This document shows positions 1 through 8,955 of a DNA stretch of 64,000 nucleotides, one piece after another. The stretch's first letter is position 1; the number at the start of each line of letters is the position of its first letter. Source of the DNA: a virus (Duplodnaviria; Caudoviricetes); IMG/VR virus record IMGVR_UViG_3300010283_000005, positions 32,001 through 96,000 of that record; one strand, written 5' to 3'. The notes under the pieces were generated by a model, which saw only the letters and a list, made by a program, of their open reading frames with translations, made no database searches and was not told where the DNA came from. A program made the position numbers and the translations under genes.

Positions 1-1281
1 ATGGCTAAGGTGCTTCACGATAAGCATGGAGTCGATGTCATGCGCAATGCATTCACCTATGACGAGACTGCTGCAGTAACTAGGTTTTTACGTCAGGCTA
101 TGCTGTCTACTAAGTATCGTATGATCGATGGCGAGTGTGCTAGTGACTATGTAGCTTCTGATAATGCTCCTTGCTTGATGGATGTACTTGGCATCATTCT
201 AAAAGGGGAGGATTCCCAGTACAAGTATACTTCAGATTATTCTCGAATTGGTAAGAAAGTCGAAGATACCTTCAATCTGTTCCATCGTGATACTTCTAAG
301 GAAGTACTGACTCCTGTCAGTGAGCTGGTATTCAATAAGTCTAGACTGAATATCTCGATCAAGTCTGTCATCGAAGGTACTGTATCTCTGAATCCTAAGC
401 AGGCAGCTAAGGTGGGACTTCCAAACGAACTTCCTTCTAAAATCTATCGTAATCAGACTTTGATCAAGGATGGAGCTCCTAATATGAGTGAGGTGCAGTT
501 CTTAGTCAATGCTGATACTTATGCTGAACTGAAAGCTCTCAATCTTGATAATGCTATCATTGGCAAGATGAGTGATGCTGCAACTCAGACCTATACAGTA
601 GTAATCAAAATGCATGAGCTTCCGATTATCAATTACTCCTACGTAGGCGATTGTACTGATGTGGATAATCTACTCAAGTTAGTAGTCTGCCAGAATTATC
701 TTCAGGCTGCTCAGAAAGTTCTTGGATTTATCCGTGATGAGGTGTATGATTATCGCAAGGCTCATGGTATCTTCGATACTTCTAAGCAGTTTGCTCAGTA
801 CACTCCTGAGCAGATCGAAGTTCTGAAGGAGCATGGTCTCAATGATCGAGCTGAGTATGTTGGAGTCAATAATGTAGCTAAGAAGTCTGGAGACAGCTAC
901 GTGACTCGAGAACTTGAGTTCCAGCTCAAAGGCTACTCTACTCTGCCTACTAAGGAGAAGTTCTATGATAAGATCAGCAAGGGTGGTAAACTCAATTGTC
1001 CTGAGACTATGATGAATACTGCTAAGTCTGATTTTGAACAGCTCACTGCTGGGATCGATTATGGTAGCAATGAATATCTTGCTAAGGTCAATGCTTCTCT
1101 CCTCAAGGTTAAATCGCAGTTAGCTGCTATCAGAATGGTTTTAGCTTCTCAGAAGATTGCACTGGTGCTGACTGGTGAATGGTTTACTGGACTTGAGGTC
1201 GATAAGAAGGGTAATTATCTGTACTCTGATGGTGAGAATACCTTAGTTATCAAAGCTAACCGTACAGTGATCGAATTGTAA
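1..1281 (+). CDS. hypothetical phage protein, probably 5'-truncated by the window edge
   Basis: 426-aa open frame from base 1 with phage-like codon usage; no motif confidently recognised. Confidence 0.6.
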   Translation: MAKVLHDKHGVDVMRNAFTYDETAAVTRFLRQAMLSTKYRMIDGECASDYVASDNAPCLMDVLGIILKGEDSQYKYTSDYSRIGKKVEDTFNLFHRDTSKEVLTPVSELVFNKSRLNISIKSVIEGTVSLNPKQAAKVGLPNELPSKIYRNQTLIKDGAPNMSEVQFLVNADTYAELKALNLDNAIIGKMSDAATQTYTVVIKMHELPIINYSYVGDCTDVDNLLKLVVCQNYLQAAQKVLGFIRDEVYDYRKAHGIFDTSKQFAQYTPEQIEVLKEHGLNDRAEYVGVNNVAKKSGDSYVTRELEFQLKGYSTLPTKEKFYDKISKGGKLNCPETMMNTAKSDFEQLTAGIDYGSNEYLAKVNASLLKVKSQLAAIRMVLASQKIALVLTGEWFTGLEVDKKGNYLYSDGENTLVIKANRTVIEL

Positions 1282-1296
1282 TCAGGAGGTGAATTT

Positions 1297-1590
1297 ATGC
1301 TAGTCAGGGGAACTCGTACTGATCAGGTGCAGGTAGATATCTCGGATTCTGAATTATTCCGAGCATTAGCTACCAAGCTTGAAATGTCTAATGTATTCTT
1401 CCCTAGTAGAGATACTTATTGGGAGAAGAAGTATGATGAATCAGGATCGTTAGTAGCGTTAGTCGAGCAGACTGATATTAGCTATCATGGTAGTCCTTGC
1501 TATCGTGATACAGGTCGTAAGATCGATGATTCTCAGAAAATCAGAGAGTATCAGCTTCTGCATGAGTTGAAAGACTCAATTCTTCACTAA
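1297..1590 (+). CDS. hypothetical protein
   Basis: AGGAGG RBS upstream of ATG; 97 aa. Confidence 0.7.
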   Translation: MLVRGTRTDQVQVDISDSELFRALATKLEMSNVFFPSRDTYWEKKYDESGSLVALVEQTDISYHGSPCYRDTGRKIDDSQKIREYQLLHELKDSILH

Positions 1591-1637
1591 ATTTACGAAA
1601 ATTTAGTTGAATAGCGGAGCAAATTTAGTTCGCTATC

Positions 1638-1645
1638 CGTTTATA
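1638..1645 (+). promoter_or_regulatory. CGTTTATA motif (putative phage promoter -10 element)
   Basis: Same 8-mer recurs in intergenic DNA at 4161, 60092, 61340 and on the - strand at 59971. Confidence 0.5.
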
Positions 1646-1730
1646 ATTGTGTAAGGGTCGAAAGCGAAAGGCTTTCCTCCCCTACATAACAAATAAAATT
1701 TAAGAAATTCACTGCAAGGAGGATTTAACA

Positions 1731-2270
1731 ATGGCAAAATTGGATCGTGATTTGACTGAGGCTATGTTCAAGTGTGAGAGTGATGAGGATGTTAAGGCTC
1801 TGCTCGCTAAGGGAGCTGACCTGAATATGGTGGCTCGATTGGCACTCGATGAGGTTCTCAAGAAGGTATACAATAAGCGTTGCACTGGTGTCAAGGAGCA
1901 TGCTATCGAGATGCTCAAGGGTGCTGCAAATGGTGTGGATGTGCCTGATGTGGCAGTCACTCCGAATCTCAATGCTCCTAAGAAGCCTGAGATTCCTGCA
2001 ATCGATCCTGAGGAGCGTATGGCTCGTATCAAGACTCGTGCTGAGGAGCTGGTGTTCAATGCTAAGGATCACTTCATCCGCATTGGTCAGATCAATCGTG
2101 ATGCTGAGATGAAGATGCTGGGGTTTGGTGATGAGGATTGCAAACTCGTTGCCAAAGATAATGAGAAGATTGTCTGCGGTGCAGATAGCTCTGGTAAGCT
2201 CTATCTGATGGAGCGTAATCAGGCTACGATGGATGAGCTGTCTAGCAAGTGGGGAGACAAGTTCTTCTAA
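1731..2270 (+). CDS. hypothetical protein
   Basis: AAGGAGG RBS; 179 aa; strongly biased codon usage. Confidence 0.75.
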   Translation: MAKLDRDLTEAMFKCESDEDVKALLAKGADLNMVARLALDEVLKKVYNKRCTGVKEHAIEMLKGAANGVDVPDVAVTPNLNAPKKPEIPAIDPEERMARIKTRAEELVFNAKDHFIRIGQINRDAEMKMLGFGDEDCKLVAKDNEKIVCGADSSGKLYLMERNQATMDELSSKWGDKFF

Positions 2271-2524
2271 GAGAAGAGGTCGAAAGAATGATAGTTAACC
2301 TATATGTTAAAGAAGGTAGGGTGATCGCAAGCCACGCTGATGAATCCACTAAGCATCAGCGTGGCGATGCTTTAGTACTGGATAATGCAAGATATGTCCT
2401 GACAGACATCCAGGAATTTGAGCATCTCGATTACCTATCAGTAGTTCGAGTGAACTACTTGGTGGAGAAGCCACCTGAAATCGATATAGATAAGGAGGGA
2501 TTGGATCATGTTTACACTGGATAA
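2249..2524 (+). CDS. hypothetical protein (likely start ATG 2288)
   Basis: Fills the gap between neighbours; GAGG upstream of the ATG at 2288. Confidence 0.6.
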   Translation: MGRQVLLREEVERMIVNLYVKEGRVIASHADESTKHQRGDALVLDNARYVLTDIQEFEHLDYLSVVRVNYLVEKPPEIDIDKEGLDHVYTG

Positions 2525-2861
2525 GTTCACTCCGATGAACAATCGAGTCCTCATCAAGATCGATGAGGCTACTGAAGCAGATATCCAGAAGACTGAGTCT
2601 GGATTGTTGATCGTTAATAAAAATAAGCCTAAGGGAAGAAATTCACTTGCTACAATCGTGAAGCTCGGATCTCATATGATGAGTCCTGATGGCAAACATC
2701 AGATTCCACTTGATAGCTTTCTTCACGTAGGAGATAAGATCATGTATTACAATCCTTCAGGTGAGGGTATGCATTTCGAGATTGATGGAGAAGATTATAT
2801 TCTGATCCGAGCTGAGGATATCGATTGTATTGTTGAGGATGATAAGGAGGTGAAATCCTGA
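2508..2861 (+). CDS. GroES/Cpn10-like co-chaperonin
   Basis: PMNNRVLIK, KTESGLLI mobile loop, VGDKIMY and DGEDYILIRAEDIDCIV match the Cpn10 pattern. Confidence 0.85.
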   Translation: MFTLDKFTPMNNRVLIKIDEATEADIQKTESGLLIVNKNKPKGRNSLATIVKLGSHMMSPDGKHQIPLDSFLHVGDKIMYYNPSGEGMHFEIDGEDYILIRAEDIDCIVEDDKEVKS

Positions 2862-3055
2862 TGGATAAGATTAGAATTGGTACTCGAGTTCGTCATAATA
2901 ATCTCGTATGTATCGTGACTAAGGTCAAGGGTAGTGACTGCGAGCTTCAGCCTGTAGGCTCGAACTCACGTTATTATGCTCCTCTTAAGCAGGTTACCGT
3001 CATCATGAATGAGGGTACTACTGAGGCTGGAACTGAGTCCGCATTGTACGATTAA
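2861..3055 (+). CDS. small hypothetical protein (possible SH3/KOW-like fold)
   Basis: AAGGAGG RBS, start overlaps upstream stop; IRIGTRVRH...IVTKV pattern. Confidence 0.55.
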   Translation: MDKIRIGTRVRHNNLVCIVTKVKGSDCELQPVGSNSRYYAPLKQVTVIMNEGTTEAGTESALYD

Positions 3056-3069
3056 GGAGAATATCACTT

Positions 3070-3666
3070 ATGGATCCGATAACTTATTTTGAATTTGAGT
3101 TAAATCAGATCAAGCATAGTAGTATCAGGGATCTAGTAAAACGAGTATTCCGTGAGAAGGTACCTAAGTGGTTCATGGATGCTGATGTGTCTACTTCGAT
3201 TTTTTATTCTAGTACTAAGACTGGAGATAGAATCAAATTGTGCGAGAGAACTAAGCAGTCAGTAAGGTTGTTTCTGCTTTATATTAATAATCCACTAGTT
3301 AGAGCTCAGTTCACTCCAGTGCAATCAGACTACATTATTGCAGCATTATTACTGCATGATTGTGCTATGAAGGGGATCAGTGATACTCCTTCTGTGTACA
3401 ATATCTTCGAGCATCCTCTGGTATTTGCTTATCTGAAACCTGATAACTGCGATAAAGTAGAATCGAGTCATTTCGATGAAATCTATCGATTAGTTTCTAC
3501 TCATCATGGACCTTGGAGGACTAATTCCAATTCGCAGTATCAGTTACCTGAGATTACTGATAATTCGCAGTGGTATGTACACATGTGTGATTATCTGGCA
3601 TCTAAACCTATGGTATGGATCGATCCGAGTGACGATTCTACCATAACTAAGAGATTCTTGAATTAA
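3070..3666 (+). CDS. HD-domain phosphohydrolase-like protein
   Basis: AALLLHDC, EHP, STHHGPW and VHMCDYLAS motifs. Confidence 0.75.
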   Translation: MDPITYFEFELNQIKHSSIRDLVKRVFREKVPKWFMDADVSTSIFYSSTKTGDRIKLCERTKQSVRLFLLYINNPLVRAQFTPVQSDYIIAALLLHDCAMKGISDTPSVYNIFEHPLVFAYLKPDNCDKVESSHFDEIYRLVSTHHGPWRTNSNSQYQLPEITDNSQWYVHMCDYLASKPMVWIDPSDDSTITKRFLN

Positions 3667-3677
3667 GGAGGAATGCT

Positions 3678-4145
3678 ATGGGACGCTATCTAGCATACTA
3701 CAAACGAGTCCTCCATCATAAGTATCTGTACTTCAAGTACGGTAAGAAGTTCGGAGTCAGTTTCCTTGAGAGACTGACTCATAACTTTGGAATGCTAGCT
3801 CCTAGCTTTGCCGTCAAGATGGCTAAGGTTATTTATGATGAGGATGGTAATAACTTCAGATATGTGACAGTTGATCAGAATAGTGAGTATCAGCGACTAG
3901 TTGATACTTACAAGAAGTCTCATCCGTACTATGTTGAGTATTGGATTGAGCATCAACTCACTATCATTCCTGAGAAGTATCTTCGTCAGTTTATTACTGA
4001 TAGGTATGTCGATTGCGAGATGAACCTAGATGCATTCTTAGTTAGCAATCGTGACTTGTTCTTCGTAAGTGACTCGATTACTGAGCCTACTTACAGTAAT
4101 CAAGTCAATAAGATGCTTACTGAATTTATTCTTAATAAGGAGTAA
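3678..4145 (+). CDS. hypothetical protein
   Basis: AAGGAGG RBS; 155 aa. Confidence 0.65.
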   Translation: MGRYLAYYKRVLHHKYLYFKYGKKFGVSFLERLTHNFGMLAPSFAVKMAKVIYDEDGNNFRYVTVDQNSEYQRLVDTYKKSHPYYVEYWIEHQLTIIPEKYLRQFITDRYVDCEMNLDAFLVSNRDLFFVSDSITEPTYSNQVNKMLTEFILNKE

Positions 4146-4160
4146 ATGAGAAACTGCTAA

Positions 4161-4168
4161 CGTTTATA
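4161..4168 (+). promoter_or_regulatory. CGTTTATA motif (putative phage promoter)
   Basis: Intergenic copy about 50 nt upstream of the 4217 start. Confidence 0.5.
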
Positions 4169-4216
4169 TCTATAGGTGGTAAATGTGCCACCTAACTTTG
4201 ATAAGGAGGATTACTT

Positions 4217-4498
4217 ATGAATGATCCACAATTAGTAGAAGATGGCTTCTACGAGGATTGTCTAGAACTCTCCAAAGCAGAGAATCATCGTCAGAATCTT
4301 CGGATTGCCTTGGTAGCAAAAGGAGGGCAAAAAGGCTTAGATATCCGTAAGTTCCGAGCAGATGGTAGACCTACTACAGGAGTGCTCCTTGATCAGGAGC
4401 AGGTAACTACTCTGATTGAGCTAGCTCAGAATTCTGAAGTTCTGAAGCAGTTTGCTCAGTCAGGAGAAATCAACTTTGATAACTTTAAGGAGGATTAA
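4217..4498 (+). CDS. PC4/YdbC-like ssDNA-binding protein
   Basis: LDIRKF...PTTGVLL resembles the PC4 fold signature; AAGGAGG RBS. Confidence 0.55.
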   Translation: MNDPQLVEDGFYEDCLELSKAENHRQNLRIALVAKGGQKGLDIRKFRADGRPTTGVLLDQEQVTTLIELAQNSEVLKQFAQSGEINFDNFKED

Positions 4499-4502
4499 TA
4501 CT

Positions 4503-5651
4503 ATGGGTAGAAGTGAAAGACTTAAACAGTCCAGTAAAACTGGCAAGATTCGTCCGATTATCGAGATGGTCTCTATGACTAATAATCCAATCGGCACCTT
4601 GTTCGCAGTATGGCATGGTTCTCGCCATGATTATACAGTATCAGCTGAAGATATTCAGGAAATCTACGATTCTGATGCAGCTTATCTGAGTGATAAGGTC
4701 ACTGCAGTAGATGCTAACTGGAAGCGTAGAGCTGAGATTGCGGATAAGATTTGCAAGGATTATCCGGAGCACGCAGGTGCTGATGGTACTGATGTGAAGA
4801 ACGTCATTAAGATGATCGTCAATCAGTGCATCCAGTCTGATGTTCCTGCTGCTGAAGCAGTCAACTTCGTTATCGAGATCGATCATGCTAATGTGGCATG
4901 GAGAGAACAGCTGGTAAGATCGAAGATTGCTAGCTACTGGACTCAGTCTACACGTACTATTGACATGACAACTATGGATGTTAATATGAGTGATAGCGTT
5001 GAGCTTATCGGTGGTGAGAAAGCTGTGAAGATCTACAATGATACAGTGGAATACATCCGAGAAGCTTATCGTCAGCTCGAAGCAATGGGAGTGCCGATTG
5101 AGGATATCAGATTACAGCCTCAGCAGCATGTTCATCGTGTCTATTGGATGATCAGTATCCGAGCTCTGATTAAGATTCTGAATAAGAGAAGTGATTGGAT
5201 TGCTCAGGCTAGTCTCTGGACTCCAGTAATCGCTGGTGTGTGCCAGAAACTGCGTGAGCTCAGCCTGTTTGATATCATTCAGGATTTCGTAGGTAAGCCA
5301 CCAGTCACTGTTTCTTACGAGACGGATTGGGATCATTACTATGTGTCTGAATACATGATGAACGCTGATAACGAAGATCGGTACTATGGCAGGGACAAAT
5401 TACCTTGTGATCCTCTGTGGTTGGCAAGTAAGGGTATTACCATGCCTGAGAATACTGATATCGCATTCTATGATTACATGAAATCCATGTATATTCAGAT
5501 CTGGGATGATCGTTATCTTAAGGTTCTCAAATGGGATCGAAATGATCCTACTAAGATCGGACCGTACGATAGACCGTACTCTTGGTTCGAAGAGCATGGT
5601 CGTACTTCTGAAGTTGCTAGCCTTTCTAAGATGATCAAGGAGGACAAATAA
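4503..5651 (+). CDS. divergent ThyX-like (flavin-dependent thymidylate synthase family) protein
   Basis: NFVIEID..WREQLVRSKIASYWTQSTR and GVPIEDIR...ISIRALIKILNKR..AQ align to ThyX blocks; ATG 4503 follows AAGGAGG. Confidence 0.65.
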   Translation: MGRSERLKQSSKTGKIRPIIEMVSMTNNPIGTLFAVWHGSRHDYTVSAEDIQEIYDSDAAYLSDKVTAVDANWKRRAEIADKICKDYPEHAGADGTDVKNVIKMIVNQCIQSDVPAAEAVNFVIEIDHANVAWREQLVRSKIASYWTQSTRTIDMTTMDVNMSDSVELIGGEKAVKIYNDTVEYIREAYRQLEAMGVPIEDIRLQPQQHVHRVYWMISIRALIKILNKRSDWIAQASLWTPVIAGVCQKLRELSLFDIIQDFVGKPPVTVSYETDWDHYYVSEYMMNADNEDRYYGRDKLPCDPLWLASKGITMPENTDIAFYDYMKSMYIQIWDDRYLKVLKWDRNDPTKIGPYDRPYSWFEEHGRTSEVASLSKMIKEDK

Positions 5652-5674
5652 TCAGATAGAAAGGACTGCTAACC

Positions 5675-6364
5675 ATGCATAATGCAAGAAATACGATTAA
5701 CCAATCAGACATTAAGGAAACTACTAACCGAGTGATTTTAGCTGGAGCATTAGATACTGCTCCTTGCTACAGTCACGAGTATGATAACATCAAGTACTAT
5801 ACTATCAGACTTAAGGTGTACCGTAAGAATGGTAGCAAGTATGATGTGTTACATATCTTCATCCCTGAGAGTAGCTTGATCATCAATGATATCCTGCTTG
5901 ATGTAGGAGTCAGAGTCAGAGTTCAGGGTAAGGCAGTGCAGTCAGAACTGAGAGGTATGAGCGATGTATCTGTAGTAGCTGACACTGTCGAGCTCATCGA
6001 TGCTAATGCTAAGGATGAGAACATCTTATATATCGGTGGAGTGATTCACCGTATCTTTGAGATTCTTCCAGTAGGTGAGGGTCAGGAGCTTGATCTGAAT
6101 TCCAATCAGAAAGTGGTCAAGCCTATGATTCTGAAGCATACTTACGATCAGGGTGATGGTAAGTCACGCAGCTTGACTATCAAAGTCTCCAGCTGGAATA
6201 GCACTGCTAAGCTGGTAGATAGCAAGTTCAGTGCTAATGACAAGGTATTTGTCAGAGGTCAGCTGGAGAGCAAGGTCGTTAAGATCGATAAGGCTAAGGA
6301 TAAGAAAGCTAGCGTAGTGCTTCACGAGGCATCAGCTGCTACTGTCCTTCCGATCAAGGCTTGA
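5675..6364 (+). CDS. single-stranded DNA-binding protein with tandem OB folds
   Basis: NRVILAG...RVRVQG and NILYIGG...VSSWN...KVFVRGQLES form two SSB-like repeats. Confidence 0.75.
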   Translation: MHNARNTINQSDIKETTNRVILAGALDTAPCYSHEYDNIKYYTIRLKVYRKNGSKYDVLHIFIPESSLIINDILLDVGVRVRVQGKAVQSELRGMSDVSVVADTVELIDANAKDENILYIGGVIHRIFEILPVGEGQELDLNSNQKVVKPMILKHTYDQGDGKSRSLTIKVSSWNSTAKLVDSKFSANDKVFVRGQLESKVVKIDKAKDKKASVVLHEASAATVLPIKA

Positions 6365-6383
6365 TTAAAGGAGGAGATATCTT

Positions 6384-8276
6384 ATGGCTAATTTGGACAT
6401 AGATATCTCCGACATTGAGAATGCTTTGACTCCTGAGGAGATGAATGCAGTACGTCAGATACTGACTGAAATCTCTGATAAGGGAGAATCAACTACTCTA
6501 AATGACTTATGGCAAGCTGATTATGAGGAGGTACCAGTAGATATCTACACCTTCATTACTGATAGAAGATACCTAGGAGATTCTTTCGTTAGTGAAGATG
6601 GTACCTTGCTCATATATAGTTTCTGGGTAGAAGTGCTTAAGAAGATATTTGCTCCTGATAGTCAGATCTTCGAGGTAGGATTGTCAGGTGCTATCGGATT
6701 AGGTAAATCTACCATTGCTACTGTAGGACTAGCCTACGTACTGCATCGATTATTATGCTTGAAGGATCCAGCAGCTTACTACAAGTTGACTAGAGGATCC
6801 AAAGTAGCAATAGCTATATTCAATATCTCACTGGATCAAGGTTTCGGAGTAGGCTTCAGTAAGCTACAAAGTATGCTGATGAAGTCTCCATGGTTCTTAG
6901 AGCATGGTACTGTGTCAGGCTTGAAGAATCAGACTTATTATCCAGGTAAGGATATAGAGATCCTAGTTGGTTCTAAGATGGAGCATTTCTTAGGTCGAGA
7001 TATCTTCGCAGGATTCTTGGATGAGATGGAGTTCGCTCCTGGTTCTAATCCTAAGATGGAACAATCTAAGATCATGAAATTGTATACTACGATCAAGCGA
7101 CGTATGGAATCTCGATACATGAAGCTAGGCAAGTTGCCTGGTATTCTATTCCTTGTATCTTCTAAGAAATCTGAATCAGACTTCCTGGAGCAGTATCTGA
7201 AGAAGAATAAGGATAAGGATTATCTGTACGTAGTTGATGAACCAATCTGGGTAGTTAAAGCTGATCAAAGCAGATACAGTGGAAAGTACTTCCATGTAGC
7301 AGTAGGTAACAAATACTTGAAATCTAAGATACTGACTGATGATGAGGATCCAGCTCCTTATCGAGCTAATGGTCAGGAAGTCATCGCAGTACCAGTGGAA
7401 CATCGAGAAGCTTTCGAACTAGATATCAATTCAGCGTTGATGGATATCGCAGGTAAGGCATTGTCTTCTAGCTTGAAGTACATTTATTACGATAAGTTGA
7501 AGTTATGCTACAGAGATTATCTAAAGAATCCATTCACTATGGATGAGCTAGTTCTTGGATTTGATGATGATAGTCGAATTCAGGACTTCTTGGTTATGGA
7601 GAGGTTATCTAGACTCGATCGATCGAAACCTCATTTTATCCACTGGGATGCTTCTAAGTCAGGAGATGCTACTGGTCTAGCTATGGCTACTATAGCTGGT
7701 CACCGAGATGTCAAGAAGCTAATCGCTGGAGAAGTGTACCAAGCTGAGGATATCGTTCACAAGGTTGTATTCGCTATCAATATCAGACCTGATCCTGGTA
7801 GCGAAATCCCATTCTACAAGATACGTAATTTCATTTACTATTTGAAGTTTGAATTAGGGTACAACATCGTGTCAGTAACTTGTGACTCGTATCAATCAGT
7901 AGATACCCTTCAGCAGATGAGCTTAAGAGGGTTCAATACTAAGACCTTATCAATGGATAGATCAAGAGTACCTTATGATACCTTGAAGAATGCCATCAAT
8001 GAGGGTCGACTTATTATGCCTTACATTCCTCATCTTGAGAAGGAGCTTCTTGAGCTAGAGGATGATAAGATGGTAGGTAAGATTGATCATCCCCTTGATG
8101 GATCCAAGGATACTGCTGATGCAGTTGCAGGAGCAGTATTCAGATCGCTTGACTATAAGGAGCTATTAGCAGCTCAGAATGCTCAGAAGGATGCTGAGAC
8201 TCTGATTCATGTCAATGATGGCTCTCTCAATAATCAAGGTGATTGGCTACTTGGAGCTAATAAGCGAGTATATTAA
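6384..8276 (+). CDS. terminase large subunit
   Basis: Walker A GAIGLGKS, Walker B GFLDE, RNase H-like HWDAS..DATG and KIDHP..SKDTADA. Confidence 0.92.
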   Translation: MANLDIDISDIENALTPEEMNAVRQILTEISDKGESTTLNDLWQADYEEVPVDIYTFITDRRYLGDSFVSEDGTLLIYSFWVEVLKKIFAPDSQIFEVGLSGAIGLGKSTIATVGLAYVLHRLLCLKDPAAYYKLTRGSKVAIAIFNISLDQGFGVGFSKLQSMLMKSPWFLEHGTVSGLKNQTYYPGKDIEILVGSKMEHFLGRDIFAGFLDEMEFAPGSNPKMEQSKIMKLYTTIKRRMESRYMKLGKLPGILFLVSSKKSESDFLEQYLKKNKDKDYLYVVDEPIWVVKADQSRYSGKYFHVAVGNKYLKSKILTDDEDPAPYRANGQEVIAVPVEHREAFELDINSALMDIAGKALSSSLKYIYYDKLKLCYRDYLKNPFTMDELVLGFDDDSRIQDFLVMERLSRLDRSKPHFIHWDASKSGDATGLAMATIAGHRDVKKLIAGEVYQAEDIVHKVVFAINIRPDPGSEIPFYKIRNFIYYLKFELGYNIVSVTCDSYQSVDTLQQMSLRGFNTKTLSMDRSRVPYDTLKNAINEGRLIMPYIPHLEKELLELEDDKMVGKIDHPLDGSKDTADAVAGAVFRSLDYKELLAAQNAQKDAETLIHVNDGSLNNQGDWLLGANKRVY

Positions 8277-8294
8277 ACTGAATATCTCAGCAAG

Positions 8295-8332
8295 AAAGGT
8301 AAGTGGAGTAATCTGCTTACCTTTTTTTTTAT
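8295..8332 (+). terminator. Rho-independent terminator
   Basis: AAAGGTAAGTGGA-GTAA-TCTGCTTACCTTT stem followed by a T run. Confidence 0.8.
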
Positions 8333-8392
8333 TATTTTAGAATAAAAGGGGGGAATAAAACATTTATTTCATATATAGAAGCACAAGTGCAC

Positions 8393-8406
8393 GCTTACCC
8401 GTTAGA
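8393..8406 (+). promoter_or_regulatory. GCTTACCCGTTAGA motif (putative late promoter)
   Basis: 14-mer recurs at 32675, 43231 and 45547, always intergenic and upstream of virion genes. Confidence 0.6.
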
Positions 8407-8448
8407 GAGCTCCAAAGGTTGTGAAGTTCTCTTTATACGAAAAGGTAG

Positions 8449-8949
8449 GTGATAAGGTTGATTACAGCAAATTGGAAAACCCCTAATAAAGCTAGTGCTA
8501 ATGAATCCCATGGAGGACTTGATGCACTGGTAGAATCTGTATGTGAATCGTATCATATTCCTGCTTCTTCAGTACCTGAGATGAAATCCGGATTAGAAAA
8601 TGCTCTATACGAGTACTTATCCAAGTTCATCTCGGATCACAATATAAAGATGAATGAATCTACTGGAGTAGTTATTCCAGTTGATGATATGCTTGAGAAT
8701 CTAGATGAGTCTGTCAATCAGATTCTAGAGTCCACTCGAGTGAATGGCTTAGTTAGTCTGACTCATGCTGGGAAGCATATCTTAAGCTTAGTGAATATCT
8801 CTGAGTCTATTACTTATCAGGTAGGCAATTCAGTTGATATCGATAAGTTAGATTCTGACTCTCTATTAGAAGCATGGAAATGCGATGATATTGATCACTT
8901 AAGACCTCTAGTTACTGGAGTGCTTAGCCAGATCGCTAGAAAGGAGTAG
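8449..8949 (+). CDS. putative prohead core/internal protein
   Basis: Precedes portal; many [LMIV]xE[SA] motifs (MNES, LVES, LDES, ILES). Confidence 0.55.
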   Translation: MIRLITANWKTPNKASANESHGGLDALVESVCESYHIPASSVPEMKSGLENALYEYLSKFISDHNIKMNESTGVVIPVDDMLENLDESVNQILESTRVNGLVSLTHAGKHILSLVNISESITYQVGNSVDIDKLDSDSLLEAWKCDDIDHLRPLVTGVLSQIARKE

Positions 8950-8955
8950 TGAGTA

